Made by a program: the position numbers and the translations under genes
Notes under the pieces: model-generated
Databases searched by the model: none
Told to the model about the DNA's origin: nothing
The model's input: only the letters and a program-made list of their open reading frames with translations
Assembly (NCBI GenBank): GCA_964630825.1
Contig: CAZVZR010000006.1
Coordinates: forward strand, 911 to 64,910
Source: an uncultured Planctomycetales bacterium
GTDB lineage: Bacteria > Omnitrophota > Gorgyraeia > Zapsychrales > Zapsychraceae
Direction: 5' to 3'
Length of the DNA stretch: 64,000 bases
In this document: one piece after another, positions 19,786 to 28,341 of the stretch
How the letters are laid out: each line of letters opens with the position of its first letter
How positions within the stretch are numbered: position 1 is the stretch's first letter

Positions 19786-20677
19786 AAAAGTTATAGTATC
19801 CAGCATTTTACTGTTTTTAGCCTATTTTACTTTTCCGGTTTATGGTGACGATGCGTTTTCACTTGAGGACCGGGCAAAAATGGGGGAGGTTTATAGTTTA
19901 GAACGATTGAAAAGATACGATGAAGTCAAGCCGATGATCGCCGATCTGTATAAGCGTTATCCTAATAACAAGGAAGTCAAGTGGACTTACGCGCGTATCT
20001 GGGGGTTTGGCGGGGATTGGAAAGCGGCGCAGACAATTTTCGATGAATTATGCGCCAAGGAATGTGATCCAGAAATGGTTTTAACTTATGGGCATATTTT
20101 GGAATCACAGGGTCCCAAGCCAGAAACATTGCTTTATATAAAGAAATTGGTTACTCAGCATCCGGATCAGAAGGAACTTCAGCCGATATATGCAGAAATA
20201 TTATCATGGAATACCCAAGACCCCAAAGGGCGTGATGCTATTGGAGACTTAAACGCTCAATTCCCGGATGACCCTCAAATAATAGAAGCTTTAGGCGATA
20301 TAGCTTATGCCTCTAAGGACTTTGCCCATGCACAGGAATATTATGAAAAAATTTCAGGAAAAGAAGCATCTCCCGGTATACGTAAAAAATATATTGATGC
20401 GCTGTTGGGAGAAAAAAAATACACCGAAGCAATCAGCCAGATGGATACCTTGCTTTCCGCTGCGCCCAATGACCAGGATTTACGTTATCAACATGCCCAG
20501 GTTATTGCTGCGACAGGAAAACATGAACAGGCTGTGAAAGAACTGAAGAGTTTAATGCAGGAAGGATTTAATAAAAAAGAGGCTATGGTGATGCTCGGCG
20601 ATGAGCTTCGCCAGTTGGGGCATGACGATGAGGCCTTAAAAATTTATAAGGAGGTAAATAATAATGAAAAAAAATAA
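19760..20677 (+). CDS. secreted TPR-repeat protein (modules X+Y)
   Basis: Signal peptide. The N-terminal half is ~60% identical to the N-terminus of 20664..22595 (DRAKMGEVYSLERLKRY…KWTYARIWGFGGDWK…). The C-terminal half is paralogous to 19075..19785. Confidence 0.7.
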   Translation: MRGSIMKNKKVIVSSILLFLAYFTFPVYGDDAFSLEDRAKMGEVYSLERLKRYDEVKPMIADLYKRYPNNKEVKWTYARIWGFGGDWKAAQTIFDELCAKECDPEMVLTYGHILESQGPKPETLLYIKKLVTQHPDQKELQPIYAEILSWNTQDPKGRDAIGDLNAQFPDDPQIIEALGDIAYASKDFAHAQEYYEKISGKEASPGIRKKYIDALLGEKKYTEAISQMDTLLSAAPNDQDLRYQHAQVIAATGKHEQAVKELKSLMQEGFNKKEAMVMLGDELRQLGHDDEALKIYKEVNNNEKK

Positions 20678-22595
20678 TTACTTATTTTTATTAGTTTTTG
20701 TTTTTTGTGTGGGGCTCGCCGGCAAGGTATATGGTGAGGAACCTCTTTCTATCGAGGACCGGGCAAAGATAGGAGAGATATACAGTTTGGAACAAATGAA
20801 GAGATATCAAGAAGCGAAACCTAAGATTGAAGACTTGCATCAGCGCTATCCAGATAATCGAGAAGTAAAATGGACGTATGTACGGATTTTGGGATTTGGC
20901 GGAGATTGGAAAGAAGCGATGGCGGTTTTCGATGAATTATGTTCCCCTAAATGTGACCCGGAGATGCTTATTACATATGGGCATATCTTGGAAGCGCAGG
21001 GCCCCAATCCGGAAACGTTGGAACAGATGAAAAGCCTTGTTGATCGGTTTCCGGACCAGTCAAAGCTCCAAGTCATCTATAATAAAATGCAATCTTGGAG
21101 TAATAATCCTCCACAAACTGAATCAGCAGAATCTCTCCCATCCGACAAAGACAACTTACCGGCGAAAAATATGGGAAAGACTGCTCACCAACATGTTTTT
21201 AAGGAAATAGTAGGAAAGTCGGACGAATTATTAAAAACTAACCCCGATGACGAAGCGGCGCTGTTGCATAAAGCGCAGGCTCTGAGTTGGCAAGGAGATT
21301 TGCGCTCCTCGATAAAGCTGTATAAAAAATTAATAAAAGACCATCCTGACGAAGTTTTATACTACCGTGAAGGCGCACGTGTCATGGGCTGGGCAGGGAA
21401 GTTTTTTGAAGCTTCTAGTTTATACGATCGAGCTTGTCAGCGCTTTCCTGACGATTTAGCGCTCAAAGCGGAAGCATCGGCCAAGAAGGCTTATTACAAT
21501 GATTTATTTTTTCTGGCGGAAACAGAATATAGTAATTGGCTGGCCATTGAGCCGGGCAATCCGGAAGCCTTATTTGATTTAGGTCAGATCCATGCCCGTG
21601 CTAAACGCTATGCGGCCGCGCAAAAAGATTATGAAGATCTTCTTACTGCCATTCCGGATAATAACCAAGCGCAGATGGTTCGTGACAAAGCTGATATTTA
21701 CGCGCACGGATGGCTGACGGAGACAGGATATCAACGCCGTGAAATCGACAGTCAATCTCGACAGGCGGATGTGCGGTTAAACGATATTTCCACACAAATA
21801 AGGAAATCGTTTCTAGGGAACATGTTGATTGGTGTCAAGTTTGATGAAATGGAATATGCTTTTATGGATCCTTTTCCCAATGTCCATCGCCAGCGCTATT
21901 TAGCTTCTGTGGAAAAAAATTTTTCACCCGATACTTTTTGGAAAGCCGGCTATGGGTTGAGCCAATCTACGGAGGATATAAAAGATTTACAGTACCGTGA
22001 CGCAGAAGTGCAGTTCCCATTTTTTACGGAACGGTTTTTATGGGATGTTTCCTATAAACGGGATGATATGATCCAAAATGCTTCAACAATGCTCAACCAT
22101 CTGCAGGATGATGAATACCGCCTACGCACGACAATAAAGCCGGTTAAGTTTCTTGAAATCGGCAGTGACGGAACCCAGGCTCATTTGACCGATGGCAATG
22201 ATTTTGAATCTTGGGGCGGTGATGCAGCGGTGCATTTGTCCTATGATCCTAAACGGTTGACCTTAAAATATCGTTGGCAAGATTTGCGTTATGATGAATC
22301 TAACCCAGCATATTTTTCTCCGGGTAATTTTATTTCTAAAAGAGTATCCGTCGAATGGCAGCAATCTTTAAATAAAAGAAATGCTTATTGGGGTGCAGAT
22401 CAATTTTGGTACCTCTTAAGGTATGAGTTAATTATGGACCCGGGGGATGTCCGCGGCCATATGGGCACAGTAGGAATTAATTGGGATATTAACAAAAGAT
22501 TGACGCTGCGCGCCGAGGGGCAGCGTATTTTTTATGAAAATTCTAATATTTACGATGATACGTTAGGGACAACCTCTCTTCTGTTTAATTTCTAA
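20664..22595 (+). CDS. TPR domain fused to a C-terminal outer-membrane beta-barrel (BcsC/PgaA-like polysaccharide export porin)
   Basis: Signal peptide. An N-terminal ~330-aa TPR region. The C-terminal ~250 aa alternate hydrophobic and polar residues and end in …SLLFNF (terminal Phe, the OMP C-terminal signature). Confidence 0.6.
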   Translation: MKKNNYLFLLVFVFCVGLAGKVYGEEPLSIEDRAKIGEIYSLEQMKRYQEAKPKIEDLHQRYPDNREVKWTYVRILGFGGDWKEAMAVFDELCSPKCDPEMLITYGHILEAQGPNPETLEQMKSLVDRFPDQSKLQVIYNKMQSWSNNPPQTESAESLPSDKDNLPAKNMGKTAHQHVFKEIVGKSDELLKTNPDDEAALLHKAQALSWQGDLRSSIKLYKKLIKDHPDEVLYYREGARVMGWAGKFFEASSLYDRACQRFPDDLALKAEASAKKAYYNDLFFLAETEYSNWLAIEPGNPEALFDLGQIHARAKRYAAAQKDYEDLLTAIPDNNQAQMVRDKADIYAHGWLTETGYQRREIDSQSRQADVRLNDISTQIRKSFLGNMLIGVKFDEMEYAFMDPFPNVHRQRYLASVEKNFSPDTFWKAGYGLSQSTEDIKDLQYRDAEVQFPFFTERFLWDVSYKRDDMIQNASTMLNHLQDDEYRLRTTIKPVKFLEIGSDGTQAHLTDGNDFESWGGDAAVHLSYDPKRLTLKYRWQDLRYDESNPAYFSPGNFISKRVSVEWQQSLNKRNAYWGADQFWYLLRYELIMDPGDVRGHMGTVGINWDINKRLTLRAEGQRIFYENSNIYDDTLGTTSLLFNF

Positions 22596-22610
22596 AAAAA
22601 AGAGGAGGCA

Positions 22611-24167
22611 ATGATGGATAATCGTGGATCACAGCAATGGGTCAATAATTATTCTTGTCCGGCAACGGTCTTGGTCTTTGTTTTGTTAATTTTTCTTGTT
22701 AATTATGTATTTTTTCGTTTTATTTTTTTGTATTTTGCATCATGCACGCCAGCGGAGAAGCTTTTGGCTTCTGGCTTTTGGGCCGCAGAGTTATTTATCA
22801 TGCTCCATGCGGTTGGGTATTATTTCAATGTTTTGCGTTTAAACCGCAACCCGGATATCACCTATCCGAAAATGCCGGGGGAAGAGCCATCGGTTGCGAT
22901 CTTGATCCCTGCCCGCCATGAGCCCCGCGAAGTGGTTGAGCAGACGCTCTTGGCTTGTTACAACTTGGATTATGAGAATAAAACGATACACCTTTTGGAT
23001 GATTCATCCATCGAATCCTATAAAAGGGAAGCGCGAGAACTGGCTGCAGAATACGGCGCTTCGGTATTTTCGAGAGATGTTCATCGTGGGGCCAAGGCCG
23101 GAATTATCAACGAATGCAGCCAAGCCTTAACGGAGAAATATATCGCTATCTTAGATGCTGACCAGAATCCAATGCCGCACTTTCTTAAAGTCCTTGTCCC
23201 GTTTCTAGAACAAGAAGAAAAACTTTCTTTTGTGCAGAGTCCACAATTTTATACCAATGGCAACGTTAACAGTGTTTCTTTAACGTCGAATTATCAGCAG
23301 GGAATTTTTTATGAATACATTTGTGAAGGAAAGAGCCGCAATGGAGCGATGATGTGTTGCGGCACTAATGTTGTGCTGCGCCGAGAAGCATTGATGGAGG
23401 TGGGCGGGTTTGATGAGAGAACCGTGACGGAGGATTTCGCCACTTCCTTGTGGCTGCATATCCATGGGTGGAAATCTTTGTACGTCAATAAGCCTTTGGT
23501 TTTTGGCATGGCTCCCGAAGACTTAATAGCATATTTTAAGCAGCAATCCCGCTGGTCGATGGGCAATACGCAAGTGTTTAAACATGTTATTAAATTATTT
23601 TTGACTCAACCATGGAGTCTCACTTTAAGGCAATGGTTTGAATATTTTATTACAGGGACGTATTATTTTATCGCCTGGGCATATTTATTTTTATTTGTTT
23701 TTCAGCTCATTTACACATTCTTCAATGTTCCCACGTTTTTTATGGATCCTTATGTTTACTCGACAACTTTTGTCCCATATTTCTTGCTGGCACTGGCGGT
23801 TTTTTATTCAAGTATGGGCCTGCGTAATTATGCGTTTTCCAATGTCCTTAAAACACACCTTTTGACAATATTATCCATTCCTATATATATCAGGTCGACA
23901 TTGTTTGGGCTTTTCAATATTCACGCCGGATTTCAGGTGACGCCTAAAACAGGCTCCGTACAGGTGCCGTACTTGTTTTTATGGGCACAGTTATTTTTGT
24001 GGGCGCTTAATTTGGTAGCTATGACGTGGGGTCTTTTAAGATGGGTTTATGAAAGAAATTTAGGAATCCTTTTCAATGTTTTTTGGTTGTTCTATCATGC
24101 GTTGATCTTTTCATCGATATTTTATTTTAATGAACAGGATAACCAGGAATTGGGAGAGGCATTATGA
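22611..24167 (+). CDS. processive family-2 glycosyltransferase (cellulose-synthase/PgaC-like beta-glycan synthase) with no PilZ domain
   Basis: Two N-terminal and several C-terminal TM helices. Catalytic motifs LDDSS (D,D), DADQNP (DxD), VTEDFATSLWLH (TED) and QQSRWSMG (QxxRW). There is no C-terminal PilZ. Confidence 0.85.
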   Translation: MMDNRGSQQWVNNYSCPATVLVFVLLIFLVNYVFFRFIFLYFASCTPAEKLLASGFWAAELFIMLHAVGYYFNVLRLNRNPDITYPKMPGEEPSVAILIPARHEPREVVEQTLLACYNLDYENKTIHLLDDSSIESYKREARELAAEYGASVFSRDVHRGAKAGIINECSQALTEKYIAILDADQNPMPHFLKVLVPFLEQEEKLSFVQSPQFYTNGNVNSVSLTSNYQQGIFYEYICEGKSRNGAMMCCGTNVVLRREALMEVGGFDERTVTEDFATSLWLHIHGWKSLYVNKPLVFGMAPEDLIAYFKQQSRWSMGNTQVFKHVIKLFLTQPWSLTLRQWFEYFITGTYYFIAWAYLFLFVFQLIYTFFNVPTFFMDPYVYSTTFVPYFLLALAVFYSSMGLRNYAFSNVLKTHLLTILSIPIYIRSTLFGLFNIHAGFQVTPKTGSVQVPYLFLWAQLFLWALNLVAMTWGLLRWVYERNLGILFNVFWLFYHALIFSSIFYFNEQDNQELGEAL

Positions 24168-25315
24168 AAAGAATATTTCTTATGTTGCTCATCGGATTTA
24201 GCGGATTTTTCTTGGTTGCCTGGCTTTTATCGCTGCGGGAAAATGACGATGTCCATCAAACCTCCCAAAAGCTGGAAGAGTCCTGGGCTGGTTTTAAGGC
24301 GTATTTTATACGTTCAGACGGGGCGGTGGTCCGTCCTCATGAACAAGATATTACCTCGGAAGGACAAGCCAACGCTATGCTCAGGGCTGTTGTCATGGGA
24401 GACCACGACACGTTTGAACGTGTCTTCCAATGGACTCAAAATAATCTTTCGCGAAAGAAAACTGCAGGAGATAATTTATTATCATGGCATTATAAAGACA
24501 ACATTGTCCAGGACACAATGCCTGCGACAGATGCAGACATTGACTATGCTTTAGCGCTTTTGCTAGCATCGGAAAAATGGAAGAATGACGCTTACAAAGA
24601 AGTAGCGCAGCAGTCCTTAAAAGATATTTTGGACCGGCTCACGGTCGTTTTTAAGTACCGTCGGTATCTTTTGCCTTGGTTTGTGGAGTCGCCGGCAAAT
24701 CAGGAAAAGATTCCCCAGAACCTTTCTTATTATTCCCCGGCTTATTTTAAATTATTTAACACATTCGATCATGACCCGCGCTGGTTGGAGTTGGTAGACA
24801 CCACCTATATCCTTTTGTTGCAAGCTCAAAATAATTTTGAGGGAACAACAGGATGCGGGTTGGTACCGGATTGGTGTGTCGTTGACCGTAAAGGGTCGCT
24901 TCATCGTTATGAAGCGAGGTCTTCTGATTTTTCCTGGGAGGCGGTCCGGGTACCATTTCGTATAGGTATTGATGCATTTCTCTATAATGATCCACGCGCA
25001 ATAGAAGTTTTATCGGGTTTCGCCAATTTTGCCACAGCGGAATTAGACAAAAACAAAAAGCTTGTTAGCGGATATAGTTATGAATGTAAACCATTGCCCA
25101 ATACTGAGGAAAGCCCATTGATCTATGCTGCTTTTTATATGGCGCTGGAACTGACGGACAACCGGTACGCTTCAGAAAATATTAATAAACTGCGCCAATG
25201 GTTTCACCGAAGTTTGAAAGGAGGTTATTATAAGGACACTCAGGAATATTATCTCAACAGCCTCGTCTGGGTGGCCGAACTTTTACGCCGGGAGAAAATT
25301 CATGACCAAAAATGA
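24164..25315 (+). CDS. glycoside hydrolase family 8 (BcsZ-like endo-beta-glycanase), periplasmic
   Basis: Signal/TM anchor. GH8 catalytic TSEGQANAM. GH8 signature ATDADIDYALALLLASEKW. Overlaps the upstream stop (ATGA). Confidence 0.8.
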   Translation: MKRIFLMLLIGFSGFFLVAWLLSLRENDDVHQTSQKLEESWAGFKAYFIRSDGAVVRPHEQDITSEGQANAMLRAVVMGDHDTFERVFQWTQNNLSRKKTAGDNLLSWHYKDNIVQDTMPATDADIDYALALLLASEKWKNDAYKEVAQQSLKDILDRLTVVFKYRRYLLPWFVESPANQEKIPQNLSYYSPAYFKLFNTFDHDPRWLELVDTTYILLLQAQNNFEGTTGCGLVPDWCVVDRKGSLHRYEARSSDFSWEAVRVPFRIGIDAFLYNDPRAIEVLSGFANFATAELDKNKKLVSGYSYECKPLPNTEESPLIYAAFYMALELTDNRYASENINKLRQWFHRSLKGGYYKDTQEYYLNSLVWVAELLRREKIHDQK

Positions 25316-25535
25316 ATTGCTTGCTCTTTTAGAGGAGATCCGCAAGATCGAGGAAGGAGTGGCTCTTTATTCAAAACATATTAAAAATACGCTTTATCTC
25401 TCGGGGTTTAAGAAAGACAAGGTCAATCAAGTAAAGAAAACACTCGATATTTTTTATAAAGAAAGCAAGGATCAAGGAGTTGTTATTAAACAGTTGATTG
25501 ATCAGATAAAGAAAGGAAAACAAGATGTTTACTGA
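25302..25535 (+). CDS. small cytoplasmic helical protein (unknown), translationally coupled to the GH8 gene
   Basis: 77 aa with no signal peptide. Overlaps the GH8 stop by 14 nt. Confidence 0.35.
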   Translation: MTKNELLALLEEIRKIEEGVALYSKHIKNTLYLSGFKKDKVNQVKKTLDIFYKESKDQGVVIKQLIDQIKKGKQDVY

Positions 25536-25818
25536 AGAAACTTATCGCGAATACCTTTTAGAAATTTATCGTAAAAAAGAAAAGAAATTAAATTTGCTTT
25601 CTTCTCTTCTAAAACAGATCTGGGATGACCGTATATATAAGGCTATTTCTGGGCAAGTGCAGGAGGAAATACGCCATATCAATTTGATGGAAAAATTGCT
25701 CACGTCATTATCACCAGAATCTATCCTGGAAGAAGAAGAAAGCATTCAATTAAATTTAAAGGAGAATCTGTCAGATTATAAGCCAGTCGCTGAACTTGCT
25801 CCCAAGAGGCAATTTTGA
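25525..25818 (+). CDS. small cytoplasmic protein (unknown), last gene of the synthase operon
   Basis: 97 aa, helical, acidic C-terminus. Overlaps the preceding ORF by 11 nt. Confidence 0.35.
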   Translation: MFTEETYREYLLEIYRKKEKKLNLLSSLLKQIWDDRIYKAISGQVQEEIRHINLMEKLLTSLSPESILEEEESIQLNLKENLSDYKPVAELAPKRQF

Positions 25819-25962
25819 TTCTAGCAATTTAACATTCTTCAATTATTTTGAAGAAACCAAGGGGGGTGTTGACGCATTCCGCGCTTGCATTTTGAAGTTT
25901 TTAGGCTAAAATAGCGTCGCTGTAAAAGTTTAGAAAATTACTCATTGGAAGGCGCGCGGATT

Positions 25963-27582
25963 ATGATTTCTGTTAACAATGTTTCTTTGCAATATGGCCA
26001 ACGTAAACTTTTTGCCGGGGTAAATATTGTTTTTACACCGGGCAATTGCTATGGGCTCATTGGGGCCAACGGCTCCGGCAAATCCACATTTCTAAAGATT
26101 CTTTCCGGTGAAGTCGAAACCACCACCGGCGAAGTTGCCATTCTCCCCGGGAAACGCCTTTCAGTATTAAGGCAAGATCAGTTTGCCTTTGATGAATATA
26201 CGGTTTTAACCACGGTTATCATGGGGCATAAACGGCTTTACAGTATTATGATGGAGAAAGAAGCGCTTTATGCCAAGGTAGATTTTTCCGACGCTGATGG
26301 AATGCTTATTGCTGATCTTGATCATGAGTTCAATGAACTCAACGGTTGGAATGCCGAATCCGATGCAGCTAAGCTCTTAAGTTATTTAGGCATTGAGGAA
26401 GAGTTATGTGCACTGCCGATGAAGCAGCTTGAGGCCGGACAAAAAGTGCGCGTGCTTTTAGCTCAGGCCTTGTTTGGGAATCCTGACATTTTACTTTTGG
26501 ACGAACCCACCAACCATCTGGACGTCGAAACTTGTCTATGGTTGGAAGAGTTTTTGTGTGAATTCCAAAATACCGCAATAGTGGTTTCCCATGACCGGCA
26601 TTTTTTAGACAAGGTTTGTACGCACATCGCGGATATTGATTTTGGCAAAATTCAACTGTATTCCGGTAATTATACTTTTTGGCAGGAATCCAGCCAATTG
26701 GCATTGCGCCAGCAAAGTGAATCGAATAAAAAAATTGAGGAAAGAAGAAAAGAGTTGCAGGATTTTATCGCGCGCTTTAGCGCTAATGCTTCCAAATCAC
26801 GGCAGGCGACCAGCCGCAAAAAGACTTTAGAGAAACTTACATTGGAAGAAATCCGCCCTTCATCGAGGAAGTATCCGTTCGTCGGTTTTGAGCAGGAGCG
26901 CGAGGCCGGCAACGAGCTTTTGAATATCACGGGCTTGTCCAAATCGAAAGATGGGCAGGACATGTTTAAGAATCTTAACATCACTATTGAAAAAGGGGAT
27001 AAGGTTGCGTTTGTGGGCGCCAATGATTTGGTTAAGACTACGCTTTTTCAGGTGTTGATGGGAGAGCTCACGGCTGATAGCGGGAGTTTTAAGTGGGGAT
27101 TTTCAACCCGCCGGGCGTATTTACCGAAGGACAACGTTAAATATTTTGATAATGAACTAAATATTATCGATTGGCTTCGTCAGTTCTCGCAGAACACGGA
27201 TGAAAATTTTGTGCGCGGATTTTTAGGCCGCATGCTTTTTTCCGGCGAAGAAGCGTTTAAGCCAGTGAAAGTTTTATCCGGAGGGGAAAAGGTAAGATGC
27301 ATGCTGTCGCGGATGATGCTCATGCAGGCGAATGTGCTAATTTTAGATGAGCCGACGAACCATTTGGATTTGGAATCCATCACGGCATTAAACCGCGGCC
27401 TGGAAAAATTTCGTGGGACTATTCTCTTAGCATCTCATGACCATCAGTTGGTTCAAACAACGGCTAACCGGATCATTAAGATTACGCCTCAAGGCTGCAT
27501 CGACCGCGTCGGCACAACATTTGATGAATACCTCGCGGATGAGAAAAATAAAAGCGGGCATGACAATTTTATTAATAAGTGA
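25963..27582 (+). CDS. ybiT: ABC-F family ATPase YbiT-type (two fused ABC domains, no TM)
   Basis: Near-collinear with E. coli YbiT (MISVNNVSLQYGQRKLF…GANGSGKSTFLKIL…; LSGGEK signatures; second domain GANDLVKTTLF). The ATG at 25963 is preferred over the TTG at 25945. Confidence 0.9.
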   Translation: MISVNNVSLQYGQRKLFAGVNIVFTPGNCYGLIGANGSGKSTFLKILSGEVETTTGEVAILPGKRLSVLRQDQFAFDEYTVLTTVIMGHKRLYSIMMEKEALYAKVDFSDADGMLIADLDHEFNELNGWNAESDAAKLLSYLGIEEELCALPMKQLEAGQKVRVLLAQALFGNPDILLLDEPTNHLDVETCLWLEEFLCEFQNTAIVVSHDRHFLDKVCTHIADIDFGKIQLYSGNYTFWQESSQLALRQQSESNKKIEERRKELQDFIARFSANASKSRQATSRKKTLEKLTLEEIRPSSRKYPFVGFEQEREAGNELLNITGLSKSKDGQDMFKNLNITIEKGDKVAFVGANDLVKTTLFQVLMGELTADSGSFKWGFSTRRAYLPKDNVKYFDNELNIIDWLRQFSQNTDENFVRGFLGRMLFSGEEAFKPVKVLSGGEKVRCMLSRMMLMQANVLILDEPTNHLDLESITALNRGLEKFRGTILLASHDHQLVQTTANRIIKITPQGCIDRVGTTFDEYLADEKNKSGHDNFINK

Positions 27583-27620
27583 TATTCTAATTATCCATTA
27601 GGGGAAGGAAGCCAAGTAAG

Positions 27621-28001
27621 ATGAGCGAACAGTTTAGTCAAAATCCTTCTGCTTTTTCCAGCCAAGCCAATACGGATGTGGTTGCTTTGATTAAGAAGAT
27701 GCAACAGCAACTGGATTCATTGGAAAGAAAAATTGATACCTTGGTTAGGCAGCAGTCTCAAGAAAGACCTTTTCGGGAAAAACGTTTTTCAAAACCGTTT
27801 AGGCCTTTTGGTAATTCTCAGCACCATGGCAAAAGAGAACATGATCACAGCCCCAGAGAGAGGGGCTTTGAGCAAGGGCAAAATTCTTCCCGTCCAAGTA
27901 ATTTTTCATCACGGGATGGAGAAAGGCGCCAGGGCAACCAGCATCGTGGGTATGGCCCAAAAAAGAAGTCTTTTTATCATAATCGAAAAGACCGGGGGTA
28001 G
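27621..28001 (+). CDS. Arg/Gly/Gln-rich intrinsically disordered protein with N-terminal coiled coil (RGG-like, possibly RNA-binding)
   Basis: VVALIKKMQQQLDSLERKIDTLVRQQ is followed by RGF/RQG/RER-rich low complexity. SD GGGGAAGGAAG upstream. Confidence 0.45.
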   Translation: MSEQFSQNPSAFSSQANTDVVALIKKMQQQLDSLERKIDTLVRQQSQERPFREKRFSKPFRPFGNSQHHGKREHDHSPRERGFEQGQNSSRPSNFSSRDGERRQGNQHRGYGPKKKSFYHNRKDRG

Positions 28002-28090
28002 GCAAATTAATTGCCTGGCTCGAACGTATAACTAACGCAGTACTAACAAACCGATACCTTCAAATAAGGTATCACTAAAATGGAGAGAAC

Positions 28091-28252
28091 ATGGCTTATC
28101 AAGGTGGTGGGTATGACAGAGGTCCAAGAGAGATGCACAAAGCTGTCTGTGCAGATTGCAAGAAAGAATGCGAAGTTCCTTTTAAACCTAGAGGCGACCG
28201 TCCAGTTTATTGCCGCGATTGTTTTTCAAAACATAAAGATGGCGGCCGTTAA
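28091..28252 (+). CDS. 53-aa CxxC-x17-CxxC zinc-ribbon protein, absent from the ORF track because it is under 60 aa
   Basis: MAYQGGGYDRGPREMHKAVCADCKKECEVPFKPRGDRPVYCRDCFSKHKDGGR*. A strong terminator follows immediately. The overlapping track ORF 28080..28271 is in another frame and lacks this motif. Confidence 0.5.
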   Translation: MAYQGGGYDRGPREMHKAVCADCKKECEVPFKPRGDRPVYCRDCFSKHKDGGR

Positions 28253-28286
28253 AACGGCACTATTTTTTTAAAGGACAATGGCCTGA

Positions 28287-28334
28287 CAACAAACCTCTTG
28301 CATCTAATATGTTGCAAGAGGTTTGTTGTTTTAC
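28287..28334 (+). terminator. strong rho-independent terminator
   Basis: 16-bp perfect stem CAACAAACCTCTTGCA/TGCAAGAGGTTTGTTG with a 10-nt loop, followed by TTTTAC. Confidence 0.75.
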
Positions 28335-28341
28335 AAAGACT

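Noticed and set aside
25819-25944. Possible sigma70 promoter TTGCAT-16-TAAAAT upstream of ybiT
   Set aside because: It is a plausible but weak match with no supporting operator or conservation information. Confidence is too low to list as a feature.
28080-28271. Track ORF of 63 aa (MERTWLIKVV…)
   Set aside because: It is in a different frame from the CxxC…CxxC zinc-ribbon ORF (28091..28252) occupying the same DNA. It has no recognisable motif, so the zinc-ribbon frame is preferred.
28309-28341. ORF-track start of the RlmI-like gene at 28309 and of the methyltransferase at 2674
   Set aside because: Both starts fall inside the stems of upstream terminator hairpins (28287-28334 and 2643-2676). 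The downstream in-frame ATGs at 28342 and 2719 were used instead.
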